Shown in pieces: positions 45,434 to 54,803 of a DNA stretch of 64,000 nucleotides. Position 1 is the stretch's first letter. Every line of letters begins with the position of its first letter. Origin of the DNA: an uncultured Lachnospiraceae bacterium (GTDB lineage: Bacteria; Bacillota; Clostridia; Lachnospirales; Lachnospiraceae); contig CAMUXE010000007.1 in NCBI GenBank assembly GCA_947164605.1, forward strand, positions 31,419-95,418. The letters are read 5' to 3'. The notes beneath the pieces are model-generated. The model was not told the origin of the DNA and did no database searches. It saw only the letters and a program-made list of their open reading frames with translations. The translations under genes were made by a program, and so were the position numbers.

Positions 45434-45540
45434 AGTCAAAATATTTTATTAGATTCAAAGTATTTTCTTAAATTCAAAATATTTTCTTAAATTCAAAATA
45501 TTATCTTGAATTTATAACAATTTTTTAAATTCAAATATCG
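45434..45540 (+). repeat. Array of five to six tandem 19-bp direct repeats (consensus ATTCAAAATATTTTCTTAA)
   Basis: Units start at 45434, 45453, 45472, 45491, 45510 and 45529. Units 2-4 are nearly identical. Each carries the palindromic core AAAATATTTT. Confidence 0.85.
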
Positions 45541-45613
45541 TCACATATTAAACACAAATGGGTGCTAGACTAAAAGCATAATTTAGAACATCTTAGATTG
45601 ATGAGGGTTAAAT

Positions 45614-46294
45614 ATGGAAAAAATAAAAGTATTGATTGCTGATGATGAAAGCAGAATGCGAAAGCTGGTTAATGATTTTTTAAGTAGAAATAATTATGAT
45701 GTAATTGAGGCTTTTGATGGACAGGATGCTATTGAAAAATTTTATAATGACAAAGATATATCTTTGATTATTCTTGATGTGATGATGCCTAGAATGGACG
45801 GTTGGCAAGCCTTACAGGAAATTAGAAAAGATTCTAATATTCCTGTAATTATGCTCACAGCAAAAAGCGAGGAAAAAGATGAGCTTGATAGTTTTGACCT
45901 TGGCGCTGATGAGTATATTTCTAAGCCATTCAGTCCAAAAGTCCTCACTGCCAGAGTTGACGCCCTATTGCGCAGGTCTTATAACATTGATTCTAATGAG
46001 ATAGTAGATGTAGGTGGCATTATTATCAATAATTCTGCCCATACAGTCTCAATCGACAATGAGGAGATAGAGCTAAGCTTTAAGGAATTTGAATTATTAA
46101 ATTACTTTGTTGAGAATAAGGGGATAGCTCTCTCAAGAGAAAAAATTCTCAACAATGTCTGGAATTATGATTATTTTGGTGATGCGAGAACAATAGACAC
46201 CCATGTTAAAAAGCTTCGCAAAAAGCTTGGAAGCAAAGGAGATTATATTAAAACAATTTGGGGTATGGGCTACAAATTTGAAATTGCAAGATAA
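45614..46294 (+). CDS. OmpR/PhoB-family response regulator
   Basis: Receiver DD...D(54-like ILDVMMP)...K, and a winged helix with LSFKEFELLNYF...RTIDTHVKKLRKKL...GMGYKF. Confidence 0.93.
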   Translation: MEKIKVLIADDESRMRKLVNDFLSRNNYDVIEAFDGQDAIEKFYNDKDISLIILDVMMPRMDGWQALQEIRKDSNIPVIMLTAKSEEKDELDSFDLGADEYISKPFSPKVLTARVDALLRRSYNIDSNEIVDVGGIIINNSAHTVSIDNEEIELSFKEFELLNYFVENKGIALSREKILNNVWNYDYFGDARTIDTHVKKLRKKLGSKGDYIKTIWGMGYKFEIAR

Positions 46295-46358
46295 GTCTTA
46301 TCTTTTTTACATGTAAGTGGGAGTTACTTGCTCTCACTTATTTTTTTGGAGGATTTTT

Positions 46359-48056
46359 ATGAAAATACACTCAATAGCATTTAGATTGACCAGTCTTATG
46401 GCAGTAATAATAACAGCTCTAGTTTCAATACTTATAGTGATTGACAACACATTGGCCGAATCATATTACTACAATATGAAAAAAAGCCAGATGATAAAAG
46501 CATATGAAACAATTAATGAGCTCAACAACTGCTGCAGCAATGACCAAATTGACTCTTCTACCTTGACATCAAAACTCGACATATTAACCAGCAATATGTC
46601 CATGTCGGTAATTGTAGTTAACAGTGACTGGACAACCATTTATACTAATCGAAATGGCGAGTCTGACATGATTTTTAGACTTAAAATGAGTATGCTCAAC
46701 AATGATGTCTTCGAAAATAATAAGCCTGATAATTCAGATAATAACGCCAATGACTCACAAGATAACGATTCTAATAACTCAAAGAATTCTGACAATTCTG
46801 CTCAAAACAATGATTCATTAAAGGGCCCAAAAAATAGAAATAACCCAAATAATCAAAATCCTCCAGATGGCTCAAACTCTCAAGATCAAAACATGTCATA
46901 TAACATGAATGAGGGAAAGTTTGAAGACAGAACAATTATTGAATCCAATGACAATTACACCCTCCAAAAGATTTATGACTCTAAGTTTTCAAGTGATTAT
47001 CTTGAGCTGTGGGGAACGCTAGATAATGGTTCATCTGTCATGATGAGAATGTCTTTTGATGAGATAAAAGAAAGTGTAAAAATCTTTAATAAATTTGCCA
47101 CAATAGTTGGTATAGTTCTGTTTATGATAGGTATCATAGCATCTATCATAACATCAAGATATATGACAAAACCTATTAAACAGTTATCAAAGCTATCACA
47201 GGAAATGTCAAATCTCAATTTCGACATAAAGTATAAGGGCGATGATAAGGATGAAATCGGTGACCTGGGAAATAGTATGAACAAGCTGTCCGATAAGCTT
47301 GAAAAGACAATTTCTGAACTTAAATCTGCCAATACCGAACTGATGAGAGATATTGAGAATCGTGATAAAGCAGAGCAGATGCGAACAGACTTTTTGTCAA
47401 ATGTCACACATGAATTAAAGACACCAATTGCCCTTATTCAGGGTTATGCAGAGGGCCTTAAAGACGGAATCAGCGATGATCCAGAAAGTATGGACTATTA
47501 CTGTGATGTCATAATCGATGAGTCGGCCAAGATGAACAATATGGTTAAAAAACTTCTGACTCTCAACCAAATTGAGTTTGGAAATGAAGAGATAGTAATG
47601 AGTAGATTTGACATTGTAGACCTCGTGTCCAATGTAGTGAACGCCAACCAGCTAAGGGCTCAGAATAAGGGAATTAGCCTTCTTTTCAACCACGATAAAA
47701 CCCACTGTGATGTATGGAGTGACGAGTATAAGATTGAAGAGGTTCTCACAAACTACGTGACTAATGCTATAAACCACTGTGATTTCGACAAAAAGATTAT
47801 TATCAATCTCCAAGAGTTGAGTGACAGGGTTAGAATATCTGTCTTTAACACAGGCAAGCAGATTCCAGAAGAAGACCTTGAAAATATCTGGATTAAGTTC
47901 TACAAGGTAGATAAGGCAAGAACTAGAGAATACGGTGGAAATGGAATAGGTCTGTCTATAGTTAAGGCAATCATGGAAAAATACGGCAAAGGCTACGGTG
48001 TAAACAATGTTGATGGTGGAGTAGAATTCTACCTTGAACTTGACAGTAAGGCCTGA
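46359..48056 (+). CDS. Sensor histidine kinase with N/D/S-rich extracytoplasmic region
   Basis: Two TM helices, a HAMP domain, H-box THELKTPIALIQ, N-box NAINH and G2 GGNGIGLSIV. The ATG at 46359 follows GGAGG. Confidence 0.9.
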   Translation: MKIHSIAFRLTSLMAVIITALVSILIVIDNTLAESYYYNMKKSQMIKAYETINELNNCCSNDQIDSSTLTSKLDILTSNMSMSVIVVNSDWTTIYTNRNGESDMIFRLKMSMLNNDVFENNKPDNSDNNANDSQDNDSNNSKNSDNSAQNNDSLKGPKNRNNPNNQNPPDGSNSQDQNMSYNMNEGKFEDRTIIESNDNYTLQKIYDSKFSSDYLELWGTLDNGSSVMMRMSFDEIKESVKIFNKFATIVGIVLFMIGIIASIITSRYMTKPIKQLSKLSQEMSNLNFDIKYKGDDKDEIGDLGNSMNKLSDKLEKTISELKSANTELMRDIENRDKAEQMRTDFLSNVTHELKTPIALIQGYAEGLKDGISDDPESMDYYCDVIIDESAKMNNMVKKLLTLNQIEFGNEEIVMSRFDIVDLVSNVVNANQLRAQNKGISLLFNHDKTHCDVWSDEYKIEEVLTNYVTNAINHCDFDKKIIINLQELSDRVRISVFNTGKQIPEEDLENIWIKFYKVDKARTREYGGNGIGLSIVKAIMEKYGKGYGVNNVDGGVEFYLELDSKA

Positions 48057-48136
48057 ATACTTAAAGCAGAAGAGATTGCATAAATCCTTACTTTGTCGTA
48101 AAATTAGAAAAAATAAACCTATATTAGGAGACGCCT

Positions 48137-48913
48137 ATGAAAAAGAGATTAATAGCAGCATCTCTAATTGGACTAGCATCCATAAGCCTTTTAGGTTGCG
48201 CAGAAGATAAATATGCACTCTCAGAGGAAGATAACAATAAAGTAGCTCAATATGTGGCTGGCCAGCTCATGAAGTATGAAAAGGGAAATGCCTGGAACTA
48301 CGAAAAGCTCAATGCAAGCAATTATAATAACTATGCCCAAGCTTCGACTAGTCAATTGTCAAATTCTGATAATTCAGTCTTTCCAACTAATAGCTCAGAT
48401 TCATCTATCAATCAAAATGCAAACTCAATAGCAGACAAGCCTGCCGGCAGTCAGTCTAGCGTAAATGCTAATGGCCAAAATTCAACTGCAAACAGCAGTG
48501 CTAATGAGACAGTTGCAGAAGATTTGGGACTGCACGGCACAAGTATTGTCTATGACTCTTATGAGATTGGTGACAGATATCCAACTGATGCTTATGCTGT
48601 AAGTGTAGCTGCCACAAGCGGAAATAAAGTACTAGCTGTAAAGCTTAAGGTCAAGAATGATGGCGGCACCATAAGTGCCAATACATCAGGCTCTGGTGTA
48701 GTCTTTAGAGTAGTAATTGCAGATAAGACCTATACACAGTCTGCCAGCATATTAAAAAATGATTTGACAGCTCTAAAGAATATTCCTATTCAAGCTCAGA
48801 CTACATATGATTCTGTAGTAGTATTTCAGATTCCAGAAAGTGCAGCTTCAAATCTTGATAAGCTTAAAGTTATAGCAATCACTTCAAGTGGAACATACAC
48901 AATTAAAGAATAA
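48137..48913 (+). CDS. Lipoprotein, S/N/Q-rich linker + C-terminal Ig-like (DUF4352-like) domain
   Basis: Signal peptide with lipobox SLLGC. The C-terminal beta-rich domain has KVLAVKLKVKNDG...VVVFQIPE. Confidence 0.75.
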   Translation: MKKRLIAASLIGLASISLLGCAEDKYALSEEDNNKVAQYVAGQLMKYEKGNAWNYEKLNASNYNNYAQASTSQLSNSDNSVFPTNSSDSSINQNANSIADKPAGSQSSVNANGQNSTANSSANETVAEDLGLHGTSIVYDSYEIGDRYPTDAYAVSVAATSGNKVLAVKLKVKNDGGTISANTSGSGVVFRVVIADKTYTQSASILKNDLTALKNIPIQAQTTYDSVVVFQIPESAASNLDKLKVIAITSSGTYTIKE

Positions 48914-48930
48914 TTAAAATAAAAAAAGAA

Positions 48931-48959
48931 AAAGGTTGGGGCCAGCGCCTCAACCTTTT
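48931..48959. terminator. Bidirectional terminator between the lipoprotein gene and the convergent pectinesterase gene
   Basis: AAAGGTTGGGGC-CAGC-GCGCCTCAACCTTT type stem, flanked by an A-run (5') and a T-run (3'). Confidence 0.7.
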
Positions 48960-49017
48960 AGATTTTTATCAAATTCGCATTAACAAATCTTTTTAATCAG
49001 ATTTAATTTCATCAAAA

Positions 49018-49968
49018 TCAATCGATTTTTCTTCCAAAGACTTTCTCAATAGAATAATCATCCAAGTCTTCTTGCTTTAACTCTTTTGAAAATGGTGCTC
49101 TTTGGCTTAAATCAGCTCCATCGCCATAAGATCCATATTCAGCATAAAAAACCTTATCTCTTGCATTTGGTTTATTCCAGTCTACAAAACCTTCTTTAGC
49201 AACACAAGCATCCATCTGGCAGTTAATAAAGACCGCTTTTGCATCTTCTCTCCATGGTCTTGATAAAACTGCAGTTCCTTCAGGACAGTTACCAGTCAAT
49301 TTACAAGAATCAAAGACGTAACCGTACTTTTGATTCTTATATGTTGAAGGGGCAGTGTAATAGGCATTATATGGACTTTCATTGCGGTCCAGGGCAAATA
49401 GGGTACAGTTCTTAAAAAAAGCTGTGGCAGAACCAAAGATAAAATCAACCTCACCCTCAATATAACAATCTTCATAATACTGATGAAGAATAATTCTAGG
49501 GGCAAATTCAGTAGGTCCAACAAAGCCACCGGCTTGCATTTCCTCAAAAGGAAGAGGCCCAGTAAAAAGACTGTCCTGATGACTTAAGATTCTTAACTTC
49601 TTAAAAACCAAAGCATCACCCTCAGCGTAAAGTGCAATAGTTTGACCATAAGTTTTACCAAAGCCAGCTGTGTTCTCGATTGTAAGATTTGAGATAGATA
49701 CATCATCAGCAAAGACAAAGCAAGTATATGATCTAAAAGTACCTCTTTTACTGCCATCAGGCATAGTATCGTAGGCATAATAATCATTGCTGATTATAGT
49801 CTTTTCACTAGACTCTCCAATAAGCCTGAGATGATCTTTTTTAATCTCAACTCTCTCTTTATATATTCCATTTTTTATGAATATGGTTTCAGGTGTTTTG
49901 TCTATAGAATTGATAGCTTTTTGTATAGAAGAAAAATCACCAGATCCATCAGCAGCAACTGTTATCAT
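49018..49968 (-). CDS. Pectinesterase (carbohydrate esterase family 8), no signal peptide
   Basis: VAADGSGDFSSIQKAI, QDSLF, VDFIFG and the LSRPWR catalytic-site pattern of CE8. Confidence 0.9.
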   Translation of the reverse strand: MITVAADGSGDFSSIQKAINSIDKTPETIFIKNGIYKERVEIKKDHLRLIGESSEKTIISNDYYAYDTMPDGSKRGTFRSYTCFVFADDVSISNLTIENTAGFGKTYGQTIALYAEGDALVFKKLRILSHQDSLFTGPLPFEEMQAGGFVGPTEFAPRIILHQYYEDCYIEGEVDFIFGSATAFFKNCTLFALDRNESPYNAYYTAPSTYKNQKYGYVFDSCKLTGNCPEGTAVLSRPWREDAKAVFINCQMDACVAKEGFVDWNKPNARDKVFYAEYGSYGDGADLSQRAPFSKELKQEDLDDYSIEKVFGRKID

Positions 49969-50097
49969 ATAATATTTCCTTTTCTAAGTATCTTACTTAT
50001 TTTAACATAATTTCTAAAAATAAAAAGCACTTAAATTGCTTTTTATTTAATAATTTGTTATACTAATGCAAATTTTGTAGATAAGGACTATTCGGCT

Positions 50098-50526
50098 ATG
50101 ATTCATTTTATCGAAGATTGTAAGGATGTTGATATATATTTAAAGCTTCGCTCAGAGGTATCATGGGCTCAACTAAGCCCTGAACAAGCTCAGCTTGCCC
50201 TAGACCGATCTTTAAAGATAATCACAGCCTACGACGATGACAGACCTATTGGCATGGGCCGTATAGTCGGGGATGGAGCTGTCATTTCATACATTCAGGA
50301 CCTTATCGTGATTCCTGAATACCAGAAACAGCACATAGGAAGCCACTTGATTGAAAAGCTCATAGACTACGTTAAGGAAATCACCCTGCCAGGCAGCAGA
50401 ATGATGCTTGATCTAATGTGTGCTAAAGGTCGAGAGAAATTCTATATAAAGCACGGTTTTATTGCAAGACCTACTGACTCGCTCGGGCCTGGTATGATTC
50501 AGTACATTAGTAAAAAGGAAGATTAG
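50098..50526 (+). CDS. GNAT-family N-acetyltransferase
   Basis: 142 aa with the acetyl-CoA motif A pattern IPEYQKQHIGSHLIEKL. Confidence 0.8.
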   Translation: MIHFIEDCKDVDIYLKLRSEVSWAQLSPEQAQLALDRSLKIITAYDDDRPIGMGRIVGDGAVISYIQDLIVIPEYQKQHIGSHLIEKLIDYVKEITLPGSRMMLDLMCAKGREKFYIKHGFIARPTDSLGPGMIQYISKKED

Positions 50527-50531
50527 AAAAT

Positions 50532-51494
50532 ATGATAGATGAGATTTTTTACTCATTCAATCCAATATACAATAAAGACTCCTCAGTGCTTATACTGGGG
50601 AGTTTTCCTTCGGTAAAGTCAAGGGATATAGATTTTTATTATGGAAATCCAAACAATCGCTTTTGGAAAATTCTTGAATATATAACAGACTGTCCCTACA
50701 GCACCTCAAGCCAAGATGAAAAAATAGCCCTCCTGCACAAGCATGGAATAGCCCTCTGGGACATGGTGGAGTCTTGTCAAATCAAGGGTTCTATGGATTC
50801 AGATTTAAATTTGTTGAGTGTCAACAATATTAGTAAAGTGCTCGAACAGGCTTCAATATCTAAGATATACTGCAATGGCAACCTCTCAGACAAGCTCTTT
50901 CAAAAGTATTATTCAAAGGATTATGCCTCTATAGAGGCCAAGCTTCCATCCAGCAGTCCGGCAAATGCTCGATTCAGGCTTAAAGACCTGGTTAAGGCCT
51001 GGTCCTTGATTCTACCTTACATAAAAACAGAACTTGAGCTGACAACTCTGGTCTACATTGAAAATGCAGGCCGCTACCTCATGCTTAATCGCAATAAGAA
51101 AGCCAATGACATAAATCACGGCAAATGGATTGGCCTAGGCGGCCATATTGAAAAAGAAGAGTCTGCGGATGCCTGTATTGCAAGAGAGGTTTATGAGGAA
51201 AGTGGCTTGGTCATAAAAGAAGAGGATTTTAAAGCCAGAGGCTTCATTAAGTTTAAAGCTCAAGGCCATAAAACCGAGATAATGTATTTATATAGCGCAA
51301 GTTGCGATAGCGATAAGCTTATAGAATGCGATGAGGGTGATTTGGCCTGGATTGATAAAGATGCCATTATGGAGCTCAATCTATGGGAGGGCGATAAGAT
51401 ATTTCTCGATAAACTGCTCAAAAACCAAGATTATTTCTGCCTTAGCCTTAATTATGATAGAGAAGGGCACTTGATTGACAGCCAAGAAATTTGA
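50532..51494 (+). CDS. Fusion protein: DNA-deoxyinosine (hypoxanthine) glycosylase-like UDG-superfamily domain + NUDIX hydrolase (MutT-like) domain
   Basis: N-terminal LILGSFPSVKSRDIDFYYGNPNNRFWKIL...SSSPAN. The C-terminal Nudix box is GLGGHIEKEESADACIAREVYEESGL. Confidence 0.8.
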   Translation: MIDEIFYSFNPIYNKDSSVLILGSFPSVKSRDIDFYYGNPNNRFWKILEYITDCPYSTSSQDEKIALLHKHGIALWDMVESCQIKGSMDSDLNLLSVNNISKVLEQASISKIYCNGNLSDKLFQKYYSKDYASIEAKLPSSSPANARFRLKDLVKAWSLILPYIKTELELTTLVYIENAGRYLMLNRNKKANDINHGKWIGLGGHIEKEESADACIAREVYEESGLVIKEEDFKARGFIKFKAQGHKTEIMYLYSASCDSDKLIECDEGDLAWIDKDAIMELNLWEGDKIFLDKLLKNQDYFCLSLNYDREGHLIDSQEI

Positions 51495-51600
51495 AATCAA
51501 AAAGTCTAGAATCAATATGCCATGATTTTAGACCTTTGAGACTTAAGTCCTTTGATATTTTAAACATTTGATATTTAAGCCCTAGAACAAATAAGGCATA

Positions 51601-51652
51601 AAAAAATGCTTGAAAGACCAGATAAAATCTGGTCTCTCAAGCATTTTATTTT
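51601..51652. terminator. Bidirectional terminator between the convergent glycosylase-NUDIX and rpiB-like genes
   Basis: AATGCTTGAAAGACCAG pairs with CTGGTCTCTCAAGCATT, with an A6 run upstream and a T-rich run downstream. Confidence 0.75.
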
Positions 51653-51667
51653 AGTCTTTAATGTGGA

Positions 51668-52306
51668 TTAAAGAAGTGTCTTTACATAAGCAGCAATCTT
51701 CTCATCCTTGCAGTTAGCAAAGAAAAGCTCGCTGAACTTCTCGCCTGCAACAGCACCCTTAACAAGGTCCTGATCAAGAGACTTAAGAATTTCTACGAAA
51801 TCATCCTTAAAAGTAAGCTCTCTAACCTGATCAAGAATCTTCTTGTTGCGCTGTTCTGGCTCACGTCTCTCCTTTGGATAACCACCGCCTGGTTCCTCGT
51901 CGAAAAGTCTTGCAAAGATATACTCAAGGTTGAGATCTCCGCCCCAGCCAAATCCCTTAGCAAATGGAAGAGAGATAGCATTTCCGTCGTTGATCTGCAT
52001 AAATGTGTAAGCGTCAAGAGCATCCTCAACGTGACCACAGATAACACCTGGGAAAGAGTTAAGTGCGAGCATAGCGCCCTCACCTGTACCACAACCTGTA
52101 ACTACGAAATCAACTGCCTTACTGTTGAGAAGGATAGCAGCTAAGATACCATTCTGAACGTATGTAAGCTGTGCCTTGTCATCTGCTGCATACATGCCGT
52201 AATTATCAACTGTATGACCATTAAGATCACAAACTTTCTTTAAAGCATTGTAAATCACGCCATTCTTTGCGGCCTGGCTGTTTTCGTTAATTAAAGCTAT
52301 TCTCAT
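51668..52306 (-). CDS. RpiB/LacA/LacB-family sugar-phosphate isomerase with about 60-aa C-terminal extension
   Basis: 212 aa with the VVTGCGTGEGAMLALN core motif. Confidence 0.8.
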   Translation of the reverse strand: MRIALINENSQAAKNGVIYNALKKVCDLNGHTVDNYGMYAADDKAQLTYVQNGILAAILLNSKAVDFVVTGCGTGEGAMLALNSFPGVICGHVEDALDAYTFMQINDGNAISLPFAKGFGWGGDLNLEYIFARLFDEEPGGGYPKERREPEQRNKKILDQVRELTFKDDFVEILKSLDQDLVKGAVAGEKFSELFFANCKDEKIAAYVKTLL

Positions 52307-52474
52307 GAATAATAACCTCTTCTTTCTAAATTTTTATAGTCATATTCTATGAAAAATTCATACTAATGTCAAATCTTCATAGCTCAATATGTTTGCATTT
52401 ATCATATATTTTTATTATAATAGTTTCAAGAATAAGTCTAGAATTGACATTATTAATTGATATGGAGGATGGAT

Positions 52475-52867
52475 ATGGCTAAAGATTTTAACAATAAAGT
52501 AACTACTTATGCAGTTCATGAAGAAGTCAACATTGGTGAGGTTAGGGTAGCTGATGATGTTGTGACAACTATCGCAGGACTTGCGGCAACAGAGGTAGAT
52601 GGTGTATCATGCTTAAGTGGCAACATTACTAATGACTCAGTTGCAAAGATTGGTGCTAAAGCTCTTTCAAAGTGCATAAAACTAATCGTTAATGATAAGA
52701 CTGTAAGCGTTGATGTGAAAATCGTAGTTAAGTATGGTTACGAGATTCCTAAGGTATGCGCTAATGTTCAGGATAAGGTTAAATCAGCTATCGAGACCAT
52801 GACAGGTCTTGATGTTATCACTGTCAACATTAAGATTGACGGCCTTACTGCTGAAGCAGAATTATAA
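52475..52867 (+). CDS. Asp23/Gls24-family envelope stress protein
   Basis: VRVADDVVTTIAGLAATEVDGV...V.VKYGYEIPKVCANVQDKVKSAIE. It occupies the position upstream of nusB, as in Bacillus. Confidence 0.88.
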   Translation: MAKDFNNKVTTYAVHEEVNIGEVRVADDVVTTIAGLAATEVDGVSCLSGNITNDSVAKIGAKALSKCIKLIVNDKTVSVDVKIVVKYGYEIPKVCANVQDKVKSAIETMTGLDVITVNIKIDGLTAEAEL

Positions 52868-52943
52868 TTAACTAATTAGATTAAAAATCACTGCCGGACT
52901 TAGCTTTGCAAGAGTCCGGCTTATTGAATGTTTAGGAGAGATT

Positions 52944-53354
52944 ATGAGAAGATCCGAAATTAGAGAACACGTTTTTAAAATTATATTCAGAAGTGAATTT
53001 CACACACTCGATGAAATGTCAGAGCAGATAAGCCTTTATCTTTCTGAATATCCTCTTATCGATGATAAAGATAAGGACTATATAAGAAGTCGTGCCCTCA
53101 ATGTAATTTCAAAAAATGAAGAGATAGATGAAAAAATCAATGAGATCTCTGTAGGCTGGCCAGTTTCAAGACTTGGTAAATCCGAGCTTTCTATTTTGAG
53201 ACTCGCTATCTATGAGATGCTCTATGACGATGAAGTTCCAAATCTTGTAGCTGTCAATGAAGCTATTGAACTTGCTAAAATGTATGGATCAGATTCAGCT
53301 CCTTCATTCATTAATGGACTTTTAGCTAAACTTCTTGAGAATAAGGAAGATTAA
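52944..53354 (+). CDS. nusB: Transcription antitermination factor NusB
   Basis: 136 aa with RRSEIREHVFKIIF... and AVNEAIELAKMYG. Confidence 0.93.
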   Translation: MRRSEIREHVFKIIFRSEFHTLDEMSEQISLYLSEYPLIDDKDKDYIRSRALNVISKNEEIDEKINEISVGWPVSRLGKSELSILRLAIYEMLYDDEVPNLVAVNEAIELAKMYGSDSAPSFINGLLAKLLENKED

Positions 53355-53364
53355 TTAAAATCAT

Positions 53365-54573
53365 ATGGAAAAAAAAGCATATACTGTCTCTGCTATCAAC
53401 AAATATGTAAAGAATATGTTCCTTAATGATGGTTTCTTAAGCCATGTCTATGTTAAAGGAGAGGTCAGCAACTGTAAATATCACACATCTGGCCATCTAT
53501 ACTTTACTCTGAAAGATAACGAAGGGGCTATAAGCTGTATTATGTACCGCTCCAGCGTACAAAATCAAAAACTTCAACTTGAAAACGGTATGAAAATACA
53601 GGTTTCAGGCCGTATTGATGTTTATGAGCGAGATGGAAAGTATCAACTCTACGCCACTTCTTTCGAACAAGAGGGACTGGGGTCACTATACGAAAAATAC
53701 GCAAAACTTAAAGAACAATACGAAGAGATGGGGCTCTTTGATCCATCATTTAAGAGACCTATTCCAAAAATGTGCGATAAAATCGGTATTGTAACTGCTT
53801 CGAGTGGTGCGGCAATCCACGATATCATGAGTGTTTCTATGAGAAGGAACCCATATGTTCAGCTCATTCTATATCCTGCAAAAGTTCAGGGACAAGGAGC
53901 CAGCCTTTCTATAGCAGAAGGTATTAGGACTCTGGATGCTATGGGGCTTGATGTGATTATTGTAGGCCGTGGTGGTGGTTCTATGGAAGATTTATGGGCA
54001 TTCAATGAAGAGACTGTAGTAGAGGCCATATTCAAATCCCACACGCCAATCATTTCTGCAGTTGGTCACGAGAAGGATTTTACTTTATCAGATTTTGTAG
54101 CTGATCTTAGGGCTGCAACGCCATCGGCTGCTGCAGAACTCGCTGTATTTGACATTTCTCTAACCCTAAGACAAATTGATAAGTATAAAAATGAGCTAGA
54201 TTTAAGATTTGCTTCTCAGTTACGCAATAAAAAAGCCAAGCTAGATTCTTATCTTAAGGCTCTAAAGCACTTAGATCCAAGTCTTCGAGTTACAAGTATG
54301 CGCAATAGACTCGAACAGAAGGCTCTTTATCTTGATCAGACCTTCTTTAGACTTATGGACCAAAAGAAAAATAAGCTCAAATATTATGCCTTAAAACTTG
54401 ATGGTGCTTCACCTTTAAAAAGGCTTAAATCCGGATTTTTATATGCTGAAAATCAGGACGGTAAACATATAGTGAGCGTTAATGATATTAAAGTGGGTGA
54501 CCAAATTCAAGGTTATCTCATAGATGGTTTAATCACAAGTAGGGTTGAATCTATTACTAAAAATAAAGGGTAA
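53365..54573 (+). CDS. xseA: Exodeoxyribonuclease VII large subunit
   Basis: 402 aa with an OB fold (VKGEVSN...SGHLYFTLKD) and GRGGGSMEDLWAFNEE. Confidence 0.95.
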   Translation: MEKKAYTVSAINKYVKNMFLNDGFLSHVYVKGEVSNCKYHTSGHLYFTLKDNEGAISCIMYRSSVQNQKLQLENGMKIQVSGRIDVYERDGKYQLYATSFEQEGLGSLYEKYAKLKEQYEEMGLFDPSFKRPIPKMCDKIGIVTASSGAAIHDIMSVSMRRNPYVQLILYPAKVQGQGASLSIAEGIRTLDAMGLDVIIVGRGGGSMEDLWAFNEETVVEAIFKSHTPIISAVGHEKDFTLSDFVADLRAATPSAAAELAVFDISLTLRQIDKYKNELDLRFASQLRNKKAKLDSYLKALKHLDPSLRVTSMRNRLEQKALYLDQTFFRLMDQKKNKLKYYALKLDGASPLKRLKSGFLYAENQDGKHIVSVNDIKVGDQIQGYLIDGLITSRVESITKNKG

Positions 54574-54584
54574 GCGTGATATAA

Positions 54585-54803
54585 ATGGCTAAAACTGAGA
54601 CTTTAGAAGACTCATTTAAAAAGCTTGATGAAATTGTAGCAGGATTAGAAAATACCGAACTCTCAATGGATGCTGCCTTAAAACTCTATAAAGAGGGTAT
54701 CAAACTAGTAGAAAGCTGCAATTCAAAAATTGATAAGGTTGAAAAAGAAATAATCGTCCTCAATGGCGGAAAAGTAGAGGCTAGCAATGAAGACATATTC
54801 TAA
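54585..54803 (+). CDS. xseB: Exodeoxyribonuclease VII small subunit
   Basis: 72 aa with FKKLDEIVAGLEN...L.LYKEG..L...C. Confidence 0.93.
   Translation: MAKTETLEDSFKKLDEIVAGLENTELSMDAALKLYKEGIKLVESCNSKIDKVEKEIIVLNGGKVEASNEDIF

Noticed and set aside
51500-51600. Repeated TTTGATATTT(T)AA motifs and the hairpin GTCTAGAATCA...TGATTTTAGAC after the glycosylase-NUDIX gene
   Set aside because: These are short, AT-rich and low-information. They lie in a convergent intergenic region already served by a strong bidirectional terminator, and no coding or structured-RNA signal could be supported.
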